Assembly (NCBI GenBank): GCA_951406725.2
Contig: OX597815.1
Location: 43,028,001 to 43,092,000 of the forward strand
Reading direction: 5' to 3'
From: Octopus vulgaris
Taxonomy: Eukaryota
Length of the DNA: 64,000 nucleotides
Shown: piece by piece, positions 12,463 through 26,062 of the stretch
Layout: every line of letters begins with the position of its first letter
Numbering within the stretch: position 1 is the first letter of the stretch
Notes under the pieces: model-generated
Databases searched by the model: none
What the model was told of the DNA's origin: nothing
The model's input: the letters and a program-made list of their open reading frames with translations, nothing else
Made by a program: the position numbers and the translations under genes

Positions 12463-13517
12463 GTCATTATTCAGTTTTATTTCAAGATTTGAGGCCAATA
12501 GAAAAAGAGCCGGTTTCTAATCTAGGTCCAAAGCTCCATCTGTATTTCAACATCAACATTGTTTTTGTATGTATGTATGTATGTATGTACGTATGTATGT
12601 ATGTATGAATGCATGCATGTATGTATGTATGTATGTATGTATGTATGTATGTATGTATGTATGTATGTATGCATGCATGCATGCATGTATGTATGTATGT
12701 ATGTATGTATGTATGTATGTATGTATGTATACGTGCAGTATTTGGAGCCAGTGCATGTGCAGATTTGTATACTTTGTTTAATGTATGTATTCTCGTGCAT
12801 ATAGTTGCATGTCTAGACATGCGCATATATACTTAAATGATAAACACGAAAACTTTACAGACTTTTACTGTCCCAGTGATAACTTGGATCTGTAGTCTTC
12901 AAATCAGCTTTCTCAATTCTGGTTTTGAGAAGCCAAATTTCTCAAAATTGGTACTTTGGCAGTGTGTTATATATCCCAGTTCCCCAATAATTACAGGTAT
13001 AAACCTGAACTTGTAATCTGGGTATACTAACCGTAGACTTCTCAATAGTTCAGTGTAGGTATTTTCTTTTTCACTGATCTTTAGCTTTAATTTAACATCC
13101 GCTGGGCAGCTGATTTCTACAACTGTACAAAATTTCTCTTCTCCATCACAAATCGCTTTGTCAGGTCTATTATGTTTACATTTTATTGAGGTTTTCACTG
13201 GGACATTCCACCAGCACTCCTTATTATGAGTTCCTATGTTTTCTACCATAATGTTTCTTATTTCTTTGGCCTTAGGGTTATTCTTCCTAAGGATCTCATT
13301 ATACCGTGCCTTAGTTTCATCATGTCTCATCGGTAGATAATACCGTGATGACATTTTCAGACAACTGCTTATGATGTAGGTAATATCTTCGGTGTTAACT
13401 CCACTAAGTCTTCATCAGTTACAACTTTTTGCTGCTTTTCCTGCGTCTTTATCCCTTTTGTGCATTAGGTATTTGGTTGATATTTCCTATTCCTGGATTG
13501 CAAACGCATACTTTTCA
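12463..13517 (-). mobile_element. R4/Dong-clade RLE non-LTR retrotransposon, 3' part
   Basis: AIQE*EISTK, degenerate CCHC knuckle, RHD, HNRPD, EISCP, EKENTY, IPVIIGELG. The 3' UTR is shared with 26716-27097. Embedded in (TATG)n. Confidence 0.85.
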
Positions 13518-13574
13518 TGTGTATGTATGCGTGTATGTATGTGAGTGCATGTATGTATGTCACCTTTTTTCAAG

Positions 13575-14285
13575 ACCAGCTTGACATGGAGGACTGGAAG
13601 CCATCTGGATATTGTAAAATAGTTACTATCATGATGGCTTGTGCCGGCTATCAAAATGCTGAAATCATAACTGTGGCTCAATATTCCATGAACACTGTAA
13701 AAGCTGTAAGACATGACATGGGCATCATGAAATCCAGGTTCCTCGAAACTCGAAGATCTTTGGGTGTGTCTCCAGTAAAGGTGACGTAAAGTCGCCCCAT
13801 ATCTTCGAACAAGGTCTTAGACTCAATTCAGCTGCTGGAGCCTATGGTCAAACTATGGCTGCAGAAGGTTGCTACCAGGAGGTAATGTGTATGGCAGCAG
13901 GACTGGGCTTCTTGCTATATTACTGGAAAGAGTCAGAAGTGGTTGTCGAGGGATCTCTACGACTTCACAAGCTGCAATTCCTGGCCCTCTGATTTTCCCC
14001 AATTGTAATCCCATAGATTACTATGTTTAGGGCGCAAATGCGAAAGTCACCAATCGTTCTACCGCCGAGCTGGTGGCCAAAATCAAACAGGTGTTCGAAG
14101 ATCTTTCCAGCGACATGTTGAGGAAAGCACGCGCCAAGTTTCGGAGCCATCATAGTGGAAGCAGATGGCAGCTATTTTCAATTAACTGTTATCTGGTTGA
14201 TATTTTTCCCTTTTGAAAAAACAATTTTTTTAATGGGATATTGTGTTTTCTTTTCCTTTTATGGAAACTGTTAAATTTAGCTAGA
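13575..14285 (+). mobile_element. Decayed maT/DD37D-like Tc1-mariner element
   Basis: WQQDWASC...WPSDFPNCNPIDYYV, resembling WPPNSPDLNPLDY. Confidence 0.65.
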
Positions 14286-14510
14286 ATACGATGTACATAG
14301 CCATATTCATACACACACATATGATTTCAAGCAGACGCACATGCGTATGTATGTATGTATGTATGTATGTATGTATGTATGTATGTATGTATGTATGTAT
14401 GTATGTATGTATGTATGTGTGTTTGTGTAATGTACGTATGTACGTATGTACGTATGTACGTATGTACGTATGTACGTATGTATGTATATATGTATGTATG
14501 TATATATATA

Positions 14511-14767
14511 TCGTTGCTATTATGTTTAACTGCCGTATGTCCAAATTTGGCCAAATGCGTTCTTTTCAATATTTCTTTTTGTGTGCAATACAGGTTGTTT
14601 TGGACAAACTATCGTATCTCCAGCTGCTTCAGAAGCCAATATATCAAACATTGTCAAAGTGTAGTACAACGGTTTTGCTATCGAATGGTGAAACTTTTTT
14701 TTTTTGTTTTTCGTTTTCTGAAAAAGCAAAGTCTTGGACTTACATCACTTTTGCATAATAGCAACGA
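14511..14767. mobile_element. MITE with 14-bp perfect TIRs in (TA)n
   Basis: TCGTTGCTATTATG ... CATAATAGCAACGA, flanked by TA repeats. Confidence 0.7.
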
Positions 14768-15613
14768 TATATATATATATATATACACACACACATACAA
14801 ATGCATATACATGTATAAAAATAAACACAAAAATAGATGGCCCAATGATTCTCGTTGGAAGTCTATGAACACCCATGACCAGTCTCTCGTGTTCTCACAT
14901 TTTTTTTCCAAATTGCATCGTGACTGTTGCGATCAACTACGGCGCCAAATATTCGCGCATGTCCCTGACAGTGTTAGCACAAACCGGGGTACTAATCTAT
15001 GTTGATGTGAATCTTTTGAGTACCCCGTTGCCTCCTCGCTTCGTTTGGTTTCAGCATCAGGCTTAGTGTTCCATGCTTCTAGTCCCATCAGACTTAGCAG
15101 ATAGGACAGAGTTCTTCATCTGCTCTGTGCGTAACCCGAACTCTTCCTTGTCCCTAGAGAAGCAGGGAGATGTCAACCTCTCCTTACGAATTTCCTCCGT
15201 AGCGTGACGTCTACTTGGTGACGCACCTCACCCGTTTCTCTTCATTTTCCGGGTTTCCGCATGTTCAAGCGCATCCAAACTCCAACCGCATTCATAATGC
15301 TGATGTTACTGTTGCGTCTCTATTGCTCTTGTTTACTTCGTAACAAGTGTTGGTACTACAACTGGCTCTAGCATTGCTGCTTGTGAGGCTGTCTGTGATG
15401 GTGGAGGTGGTAGGGGATGCTAGGTTTTAGAATAAATTTTAGGGGCGTTATCATTGATAGTGTCATCGTAGTTACATCACTGGTGGTGGGTTGATGGTGA
15501 AGATGGCGGAAGTGCTTAATTTTATGACCCTAATTTGAATGATCAAATGAAAATCACATGCTTTTCATTTTCCGTTCTTTTTCATTATGGAGAACATTTT
15601 GTTTCGTAACAGC

Positions 15614-15837
15614 CTTCTTCTTCTTCTTCTTCTTCTTCTTCTTCTTCTTCTTCTTCTTCTTCTTCTTCTTCTTCTTCTTCTTCTTCTTCTTCTTCTTCTT
15701 CTTCTTCTTCTTCTTCTTCTTCTTCTTCTTCTTCTTCTTCTTCTTCTTCTCCTTCTTCTTCTTCTTCTTCTCCTCTTCCTTCTTTCTTCTTCTTCTTCTT
15801 CTTCTTCTTCTTCTTCTTCTTCTTCTTCTTCTTCTTC
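15614..15837. repeat. (CTT)n microsatellite
   Basis: About 220 bp of near-perfect CTT. Confidence 0.98.
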
Positions 15838-16292
15838 TCTCTCTCCCCTGACTCTCCGTCATCTACTGACCTTTCTCTCTCCCTCGTTATCCGTCACTTC
15901 CGACGCCATAAAATACATCTTTTTTTTTTTTTAAATATTTCTAAAACGAAATTTAAAAAAAAAAAAAACAATCTACAAATCCGAAAAAACTTATGACGGC
16001 GATTAAGAGGACAACCACTCTCATTTGCTGACAGTACCTCTATAATAACATAGACAACAAAAATATATAACTACTCACTAAATTGTAAAAATCCTTAAAC
16101 AGTTTAAAAAGCAGTATATCTTACATACTTATTGCTTGAATAAATCATTTTTAGGCGTAAACTACAGTTTACATGACTCAAATTACAGCATGATTCCTGT
16201 TTTCGTTTGCTCTCATTAGTCATATTCTTTATTCATTTATATATTTACTTTTTTAGTAATAAATTATTTACTTAAAGATGTATGTTATTATC

Positions 16293-16630
16293 GGAGGCGC
16301 AATGGCCCAGTGGTTAGGGCAGCGGACTCGCGGTCGTAGGATCGCGGTTTCGATTCCGGGCGTTGTGAGTGTTTATTGAGCGAAAACACCTAAAGCTCCA
16401 CGAGGCTCCACAGGGATGGTGGTGATTCCTGCTGTACTCTTTCACCACAACTTTCTCTCACTCTTACTTCCTTGTTTCTGTTGTACCTGTATTTCAAAGG
16501 GCCGGCCGTGTCACTCTCTGTGTCACGCTAAATATCCCCGAGAACTACGTTAAGGGTATACGTGTCTGTGGAGTGCTCAGCCACTTACACGTTAATTTCA
16601 CGAGCAGGCTGTTCCGTTGATCGGATCAAT
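16293..16630 (+). mobile_element. tRNA-derived SINE, family C
   Basis: A box TGGCCCAGTGG, B box GGTTTCGATTCC. Second copy at 24925-25270. Confidence 0.88.
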
Positions 16631-17192
16631 TTAATTGTAGCTTTAGGTGGTAACAATTCAAACTGAATTATTCCTTTACAATACCACCAGATAGAGAAAA
16701 GAACCTTTTTCCCCATGAAATTCCCTTCTCGGTTGTGGTTGGGTTTTGTTTCCCTTTTACCAAGCCACTGTTTACGACGTTTACCATTTCAATAGAAGAT
16801 CCAACTCAACTGGACGTGCTGTTCGATCTCCATCTTCAAGGCTGAAATCTCTACTTCTGAATTTTGAAAACCATCTTCTGCAAGTTCTTTCATTCAAGCA
16901 TTCTTTCCCATAAACTGAGTGTATGTTTCGAGTCGCTTCGGCTGCAGAGTTTCCTTTTTTGTACTCATAAAGCATTATGTGCCTCAAATGCTCTTTGGAT
17001 ACTTCCATGTTAGAAAGGGTTTTAATCAAAGGAATTTTAATTCTATTATTCTGTAAAATAATGTTTAATTAGTTTAAATATACACAAATGCATAAAAAAT
17101 TTTTTTTTATTCCATTAGACTCTAAAATACTATTAAATTTCATTCAATTTTAGAAAAGGCAAAATCGGACAGAACTTATGGGATGACCTGAT
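16631..17192 (-). mobile_element. Internally deleted mariner element
   Basis: MEVSKEHLRHIMLYEYKKGNSAAEATRNIHSVYG...RRWFSKFRS (mariner HTH) joined to a catalytic-region fragment. TIR-like end TATCAGGTCATCCCATAAGTTCTGTCCG. Confidence 0.85.
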
Positions 17193-17315
17193 AGTTAAAA
17201 ATTAGCGAACTGCATACATATTTAAAGTGTTTATGTGCTGAATGCCACACTAAATTGTGGCAATTATTTTGATGAATATCTCTTACAGATATATATTATT
17301 AAAAAACAGAAAAAA

Positions 17316-17932
17316 TATCAGCAGCAAGATGAAAGTCACCTAACAGTGGTAGTGAAATTGCTGGATCAAGATTTCTGTTTGTTAGCTTCTTCAGCAGCAA
17401 ATACCCACGTCATCTTATGTCATGCAAACATCGACAGCTAGCTGATATAGCTAGCAGTGAAAGTTTGCTTGACATGAGGTACGTGCATATTTGGCTGCCG
17501 ACTAAATGCAACATCAATAACCATTCAGTCACTGAAAAAAGATTCACCAAATGGCGTACATATTTGCTACTGGACAACTAACTACCGGAAATCTAGATCT
17601 CGTAATTCCATAACTAATTCTGGGCGACCTTCGCCTGCAGATGATATTTTTATGATATATTTTAACTCTCTATGTCTATAAGAGATTATTCCTCAAAACA
17701 AAAGGTTTTTCAGCATATACACACTTTAAGTATGCTTAGTGACAGCCAATTTTCAACTAATACTGCTTCGGTCGGTGACTTCTCAGTCACTGTTTAACTA
17801 TATCAACTAGCAGCCAATGTTTGCTTGACATAAAGTGACTTAAATATTTGCTGCTGGAGAAGCTAACGAGCAGAAATCTAGATCCAGTAATTTCACCATT
17901 AATGTTCGGCGACTTTCACTTGTTGCTGTATA
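17316..17932. mobile_element. Foldback/MITE-like element with ~145-bp imperfect inverted repeats
   Basis: 17316-17460 is the diverged reverse complement of 17787-17932. An extra partial arm lies at about 17560-17648. Confidence 0.65.
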
Positions 17933-17944
17933 TAGATCGCTAAT

Positions 17945-18160
17945 TCATATTGGTTTCAAATTTTAGTGCAAGGCTAGGATTCTGGGGGAGAAAGGGTAAG
18001 TCGATCACATCGACCCCAGAATTCAATTGGTACTTATTTTATCGACACTGAAAGGATGAAAGTCAACCTCGGCGGTATTTGGACACAGAACGTGAAAACG
18101 AACGAAATGCCGCTAAGCATTTTGCCCTGCGTGCTAACGATTCTGCCACTTTGCTGTCTT
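17945..18160 (-). mobile_element. Family B SINE
   Basis: Consensus match. Confidence 0.85.
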
Positions 18161-18328
18161 AGATCGCTAATTTGTATTATGACATGAATGGGCAAAATGA
18201 AGTTCGTTTTTGTAAGATTTCTTACATAAGCCTGAAAAAATGCATAAATTCATAGTGGAAGAGTATAAAACAGCCCAAATAATGAAATAATATATTATTG
18301 TTACTTATTTTATAGCTTCTTCACTCAC

Positions 18329-18439
18329 TAAATTATAAACTGTGAAAATAGTTCCGGGTCAATTCATGCCGTATGGTTTGATCATAGCGTATAAATCCTG
18401 GTTTGCTTCTCTCTGCCGCTCCAGCCGACTTAGGAGACG
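18329..18439 (-). other. Candidate host-gene exon (111 nt)
   Basis: Acceptor ATCTTTCTTTTCAG and donor GTGAGT around GC-richer non-repetitive sequence. The longest frame reads SPKSAGAAERSKPGFIRYDQTIRHELTRNYFHSL*. Protein not recognised. Confidence 0.3.
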
Positions 18440-18780
18440 CTGAAAAGAAAGATCATTGGTGCTATACTTCCTCCTCTGAGACAGTCGTAAAATAATAGGC
18501 AAAAGCAAAATTTCCTCTCCTGAAATGTATCACTGTCTTAACCATGAAATCTTTTATACTTTTACTTCCTTCAATCATTGGACTACAACCATGCTGGGAT
18601 AAAGCCTCGGAAAGCTGAGCTCAATTATACATAACCAAAAATATGTTTTAAAAAATTCGGCTACTAATCTTCGCGAAATTTATTTGTGGTACTGCTAAGT
18701 CATGGAACATTAAGAAATACACTACTTTTCAAAAGGTATCGATATAAAGGCAAGCATAAAGGCGCGTACATTTAAATGCA

Positions 18781-18829
<49 letters not shown>

Positions 18830-19071
18830 TCATACACACACAGACTCATACATATATACATCATGCATATAAAAATCTTCATCTCATGTTGCTCAGCGAT
18901 CACTTCGACACCTGACGCATGGTATACGGTGCACCCGTTCAGACAACGTCCATTTGGTAGAAGGAGTGAGCTAATGTGCAGCACGAACATTTGATCACTA
19001 TAAACAAAACATTTGTGCAGGTCGTTTGGCAAAATCTGAACGCTCATTCGTCGTCTTCGACGGGAGAGTCC

Positions 19072-19173
<102 letters not shown>

Positions 19174-20096
19174 TATGAATATATGCATTTATGTATGTAT
19201 GTGTAAATATATATATATGTTGTATGTACGTGTATGTATGTGTAAATATATATATATACATACATATATAAACAAAAATATATATGTATATATATGTATG
19301 TATATATATAAATGCATATGCATGCATGTACGCGCACACATACTCTCGGGCCCATGTGGTTGCGAAGGGAACTTCTTGTCCAAAAAGCCATGTCTGCGGC
19401 TATTTCAGACATCATAACACCTCAAACACAGTTGAACGTATTTCTATAGAACCAAGAACGGCACCTACGAATTTGGAAGACGACCGTCCTTTAACTGAGA
19501 AAATGAAAAATATACGATGTCGGTACTTTGAGGTGAGCATTTATTAATGTTGTAGTGAAAATGGTACATCCCTTTCCACGTGACAAAGTGATATGAACCA
19601 GCCGCTCTAAATTCAGACAGTCAGCCGCTGTAGAGGTCCGTAGTAGTAGAAGTAGAATAGTTGTACGAGTTCTCATTTGGAGTCAGTGTCAGTTACGCGA
19701 TATATATGAGATCGAGTTATCATCATGGTAGACATTTCAAAGTCATTGTCATGTGGAGCTATCAGTGATAGCACGATATGCGAATCAAAGGTAATAAGAT
19801 GCGGAATACTACTACAGCATAATAGTGGCGACAAGAATATTACAGTGTCAACAATAACATACAAGTGGACGAGGATCCACATTATAACAATTAAGTAATT
19901 TGACATTAAGCTAATGTTTTTGAAGGACTTTTGTAAAGCTTCCTTGAAAGGCAAGATATGGACCGTCGCGAGTGCCATCATAGAATCGCTGGACACTGTT
20001 AAGGGATCATGTTGAACACTACCTTTTTAATGAAGTAGTGATCAGTTTTTAAGGCTTATCAGATGATGAAACCCAAGTCTAATAGTCCCATCATAT

Positions 20097-20197
20097 GTTG
20101 AGCAAATGTTTTAATGCTGAGCGACTGTTTTAATGTTGAGCGACTGCTTTAATGTTGAGCGACTGTTTTAATGTTGAGCGACTGTTTTAATGTTGAG
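20097..20197. repeat. 19-bp minisatellite (TTTTAATGTTGAGCGACTG) x~5
   Basis: Direct reading. Confidence 0.92.
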
Positions 20198-21336
20198 TTT
20201 TTCTCTAGAAAATTATCTCAGCATTCCAACAGGCATCTACTTCTAACAGTCCTTATTTCCAAGCAAGTGTTTCTATTTATACCTTAACAAGACCTTGACA
20301 AAAGTCAGTGCCCTAATAGCAAAGCAAGGATAATAAAGGTAGGCACGCTGCCAATGTATCTCTTCTTTATACATGAACGAGGAGAAAGACTCGACATCAC
20401 ATGATAGGGATGGCTGTCGGGAGTGATGAAAAGATGACACGTGCAGAGACAATGAAGTTTCCTGATTATACTTTACAATTACTTTATTTCGTTTTTAATT
20501 TTTTTCTTCTTTTCTCTCTCCCCCTCTCTCCTCTCTCTCTCTCTCTCTATTTCTTTTTTTTTTTGTAAATTTTGTGAAGTACGACGAAGCATTACGTGAC
20601 TCAAATACCCAGAAGCTCTCTTAAATCCGCACACTAACATCTGCTTCTAAATTTGAAAGAAAAAAGCAAACAATATATATATATATACAAGAATACAAAG
20701 TAAATGAAATGAATTGTTCGTCCTTGTTAATGCTAAGGCTGTTAGACTATTGTTACGAGGTGAACTATCAAGGTTGTGATAGTAGTTTTTACACTAATTA
20801 ATATATGTATATATATATATATAAATATATATATATTTAATTGTAGCGGTGCAGATGACAAAGTACTATTGAAGGCGACGGTGACAGAGAGAAATCATAT
20901 TTCTAGTAGCCCCAAGTCAATCCTGATTAAGTTGACCTACTCTGGCACACAATTTGTTGATATGTTGAAAGCAGTGGTAATGATATTACTGTCAGTAAAA
21001 TGTCTGCTGTTTGTGCTTGGGGTTATAAGGGCGCTAAATGCGGTTTTGGTAACGTTTTCTGTTTGTTGTAATCATAATTACAACTTAGCTGTTCGTATCA
21101 GTTAGAGAGGATACATGTGTGTGTGAGTGTGTGGGAGTGAGAGAGAGAGGGGGGGAGAAATAGAAAGAAAGACAGAGGAAAAGAGTAGCAGAATTACAAT
21201 TTTGTTTCTGATGAGGTCCACAGTACGAGTATAATTTAATGGCGAAAGTAAAGAAATATATAATTTAATGGCGATATAGCAAGAGTGGGCGTAATGCCTG
21301 TAGTGGCAGGGCTCGTCCGAGTAGAAATGCTGTATG

Positions 21337-21418
21337 AAGTAGTAGTAGTATTAGTAGTAGGAGGAGGAGGAGGAGGAGGAGGAGGAGGAGGAGGAGGAGG
21401 AGCAGGAGTAGGAGGAGG

Positions 21419-21453
<35 letters not shown>

Positions 21454-21463
21454 TAGTATTAGT

Positions 21464-21521
<58 letters not shown>
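21337..21521. repeat. (AGT)/(GGA)/(AGC) compound trinucleotide repeat
   Basis: Direct reading. Confidence 0.95.
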
Positions 21522-21522
<1 letters not shown>

Positions 21523-21975
21523 GTGCTAGTTATGATAGTAGGGGTGGTGGCAGTGGGAATAAAAGCAATACCGGTGATAATGATGATAGTTGTATATAAT
21601 GTGGCGTTGGAAGTGGTAAGGTTTGTGATGGTAATGGTCGTAGTAGTTGTAGTTTTGGTGATTGTGGTTATATGCTCGTTGTGGTGATTCTATGAATCTG
21701 TTTGAACACGTGGTACCAATTGTGACACGCATAATGTTAATATTTATTTGCTTATTATGTGGAAGCATCACTTTTATTAGGAGGTAGTTGTTATGGCAAG
21801 ATGAGTGTAAACTAGTATTGGCGATAGTATCCTAGTAAGAGCATTGATGGTTACTTCATTTTGTTATAGAGGTGGTGGTGGTGGTGGTTCAGAATTGATA
21901 GTAGAAATGATAGCATGGGTAAGTGTACCTTTGAGTGATTTTGTGCGTTTATGTGTGTGTGTTTACTTGAATGTG

Positions 21976-22036
<61 letters not shown>

Positions 22037-22111
22037 GTCTGTCTATCTACCTACCTACCTACCTACCTACCTACCTACCTATCTGTATGTCTGTCTGTCT
22101 CACTCTCTGTC

Positions 22112-22147
<36 letters not shown>

Positions 22148-22161
22148 GCTCCCTATATATA

Positions 22162-22217
<56 letters not shown>

Positions 22218-22220
<3 letters not shown>

Positions 22221-23474
22221 GGTGTGTAAGATATTTGAGGACAGATTTTTGTTTATAAAAAACCAGATATATAATAACAGATAATAACTTTATTCATCAA
22301 AAAATGCTATGAAGATAAAAATAAACCTTTTCTATAATGTTATTCAATAAAGTCAACCTCAGCTTCAACAACTGCTTCTACATGAAATCTAAATCACCTA
22401 CATGTTCAAATCGAATGGTCATGGTTCATTTTGGACATTACTTTGACTCTGGCAACTTTCAAAGAATCTTTGGTGTTATGGGCGTGTTCATTGACTTTCT
22501 GTCTCTCAACAACACTTCACATGTGATAGTTCAATGGATTGAGATCTGGGGAATTCGGAGGCCAAATGTTAGAGGCTGTGTGATCATGAAAATTTTCAGC
22601 CATCCAATTCTGTGTTACTAGAGCCATGTGTGATAGTTCAGAGTCTTACTGAAACGCATATGGCCTTCCATTGCATACACTGTCTATCCAGGGCGTAACA
22701 ATTATTTCCAGGACCTCAATGTAGGCGGCAGAGTTAATTCTGAGGACTTGTGGAAACAAGAAAGGGGGTATCACGTCTCCTTCATTGGTGTCAAACCCTA
22801 AAACCATGACAGTTGCAGGAAATGTTGTATGCATTACACTTGGAACTTCAGAAGGGTCTGCACATAACCATCTGTCATTTCTTCTGTTGTCTTTTTGATC
22901 TTGGTCGTAGTTTTTCTCGTTTGAGAAAAACCAAATCAAATCTTCTACTGGATTTTTCAGTTTGTTTAAGAGCCTTTTAGATCTGATGTAAAGATTTTAT
23001 TTTGCTTTTTCTGACAAATTGATCTTTCCTAATCATATAAGACTTATATCTGATGTCTTCGTGGACAACATTTCTGACGCCCTACTAACACATGGAGATA
23101 TTTTGCAATTGACTTCATGGACATTCTGGGATTTAAATCAATAGTCTGTTGAAATTGCTGAATAAATTCAGGTATTACGATGATTTCAGAGTGTTTAGAA
23201 TGCTTTTATATGCCTTGATACTGGTGATACGTTTTCATTTCCAGTCTCTAGCTCCTTACAAACTTTGTACACAAATATCTGGCAACTTTTAAAAGTCGAG
23301 ATATTTCTAAATCGCTGTGCACAGCCTTTATAACCACAATAACAGCATGGCTCTTTATTTCTTGAGTAAGTTGAGGGTCTGCCATTATAATTTTCTGTAA
23401 CAAAGATTATAGAGTTAGCAAAAAATGCAGCAATGAATCCCAAATATATGTCCTCAAATATCTTACGCACCCTG
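22218..23474 (-). mobile_element. Full-length decayed maT (DD37D) transposon
   Basis: 26-bp TIRs CAGGGTGTGTAAGATATTTGAGGACA and TGTCCTCAAATATCTTACGCACCCTG. Motifs FSNEKN, VMVLG, FQ*DS...WPPNSPDLNPLNY with 37 residues between the catalytic positions. Confidence 0.92.
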
Positions 23475-23834
23475 AATATGTTGTAAAATAAGAAGTAGAA
23501 AGTCCTTGGTACAGTATTATATATTTGAAAGGGGGATAGAAATGGCTTTTCTGGTAAGTTTTCCACCTTAATAAACATCTAAGTGGGAAAATTACCAGAA
23601 AAGCCAATTCAATTTTTTTTTCAAATATATATATATATATATGCACACGTACACACATACACACACACACTCACTCACACACACACATGCTAAACATTCT
23701 ATAAATTTATTTTATGTTGGAAGAATAAAATAAGTATATGTATGGTCTTCATTCTTTGACGTAGGTTCCTGAACTTAGCTTGTTAACGTAGAGAAGATTC
23801 TCTCCCCTTTAATAGTAAAGTCACCAGAAGTAAA

Positions 23835-23872
<38 letters not shown>

Positions 23873-23972
23873 ATATGTGTGTATATATGTTATGATGTAT
23901 ATGTATATATATACACATACACACACATATCTGCTGATCAACAAAAGCAAAAACATATAGAGTTGGAGACAC

Positions 23973-23974
23973 AG

Positions 23975-24006
<32 letters not shown>

Positions 24007-24114
24007 ATAACAGCAGCATCAACAGGTGGTGGTAGTAGTAGTTGTAGCGGCAGCAGCAAAACTAGTAACATTAGTAATTGTTGTATTTGCAGCAGCTGCA
24101 GCAGTAGCAGCAAC

Positions 24115-24179
<65 letters not shown>

Positions 24180-24213
24180 CAGCAGCAGCAGCCACAGCAG
24201 CAGCAGCAGTAGC

Positions 24214-24277
<64 letters not shown>
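23973..24277. repeat. (CAT)/(AGT)/(AGC) trinucleotide repeats
   Basis: Direct reading. Confidence 0.95.
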
Positions 24278-24278
<1 letters not shown>

Positions 24279-24924
24279 AAGAAAGAAGCGGAAGGAAGAG
24301 GGGGAGGAGGAGGAGTAGGGGGATGAGGAGCAGGCGAAGGAAAAGGAAAAAAAGGAAGCAAGGAGGCGGAGAGAATGGGAGAATAAGCAGGAGAGAAGAG
24401 AAGGTGGGGATGTGATTTAAAGTTTGCGGCATGAGGATTGTGCACATACATCATTAGTGTCGAGGTGGTGCTTACTGAAAGACGCGAACAGAAACTTTGA
24501 TCCTTCTAAATCTTAATTGAGGCTGGCTGTTTGTCTCTCCCCTTTTTTTTTTCTTTACTTATTTTCTGCTCGTTCGTTTTCTAATGCCCTTTATGCTGTC
24601 ATGAATACTTAGATATAGACAATGCATTTTGTTCATAATTTTTAAGTCAACTAAAACTTGCATTTGTAAAGAGAGATTAGCTGAATAACAGCTGCGATGA
24701 TAATCCGATATCTTTTTTTTTAATCTGGCATTGTTCTAAATCAATACGAGTTCACTGCCACTTCCATCACCATAGATATTATCACTTGTCTCATTTTCCA
24801 CCGCCCTCGTCACCATCTTACTATTTACACTACGTTTCTTTCAACACTGATTGCTTTTCATTTTTTTCATTGGCAACTTATAGCAACTAACATCTCGTTT
24901 GTTATCTACCTATACCAGCACCGT

Positions 24925-25270
24925 GGAGGCGCAATGGCCCAGTGGTTAGGGCAGCGGATCGTGGTTTCGATCCCCAGACCGGGCGTTGTGTTTATTGAGC
25001 GAAAACACCTAAAGCTCCACGAGTCTCCGTCAGGGGGGTGGGTGGCGAACCCTGCTTTGTTCTCTTTCACCACAACTTTCTCTCATTCTGTCTTCCTGCT
25101 TCTGTTGTAGCTGTATTTCAAAGTGCCAGCCCTGTCCCATTCTGTGTCACACTGAATCTCCCCGAAAACTACGTTACGGGTACACGTGTCTGTGGAGTGC
25201 TCAGTCACTTGCACGTTAATTTCGCGAGCAGGCTGTTCCGTTGATCAGATCAACTGAAACTCTCATCGTC
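24925..25270 (+). mobile_element. Family C SINE
   Basis: Homologous to 16293-16630. Confidence 0.88.
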
Positions 25271-25915
25271 CTAATCGATGGAGTTCTACGATAGCAGCAC
25301 CAGAAATACCACCACCACTACCACCAACACCACCGCTATTATAGTGCCCAAGATGCTGCAGGTGTCTTGTCAGCAAGGTGGCATCATTCGAAAGTTGCAA
25401 CGATGCGAGTAAGTGCACTGTGACCTGTGGTTTATAACAGCATCCGGTTGTCTGGTCGATACAGTGATACAGTGACATAAGCTTTACGAAAAATATAATT
25501 ATTGCAGTATCTCGCTTCTCTCTCCCGACTCAAACCTACTGTTATGCCACGTTCAAATATTATGTTGACGGACACGTCATTAAATACTGTTTAAGCATAT
25601 TTGTCAAATGACTTTGACATAAACAGTTACTAGGTTAGCATGTCGAAATGAGAGAAGGAGAGACAGAGAGGGAGACAGAGGGGGAGAGAAGGCGAGAAGG
25701 AGAGGAAGAGTGGGAGAGAGACAGAGAGAGTGTGTGTGTTTCTCTACACGAACTAACCAAGAAGTCCTCTACGCGGTTGTTCAAGCCCTTAAAAAGAAAC
25801 GAAATATACAGATGAAACACTGGACGATTTAATCTGAGATACGTTGCTTGAAAACAACGAGAAGATCACGGCCAAAACATCTTTGATCACAACTCTGCTC
25901 TCCCATGGTCTAAAC

Positions 25916-26062
25916 CAGGCATGGGCGACCTTTCTCGAGGAGCAGCCCGCATAAAACATGACTCATCATCAGGCAGGTCGCACTACTAAAAATATCCACG
26001 GTAATTTTTTCGCAAGGCATGCCATTCAGAAAGTTCCATTGGCCGCAGATTGCCGATGACTG
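25916..26062. mobile_element. hAT/Charlie-type MITE
   Basis: Imperfect TIRs CAGGCATGGGCGACCT and AGATTGCCGATGACTG. Degenerate 8-bp TSD GTCTAAAC/AATGAAAC. Confidence 0.6.

Noticed and set aside
14870-15300. GC-richer non-repetitive segment
   Set aside because: No convincing ORF, splice pair or family match; left unannotated.
15554-15934. Poly-K/F/L ORFs
   Set aside because: (CTT)n repeat.
16293-16365. tRNA gene
   Set aside because: tRNA-like head of a repeated SINE; no proper acceptor stem or terminator.
20097-20197. Possible CRISPR-like array
   Set aside because: Contiguous 19-bp units without spacers, no cas genes, eukaryotic context.
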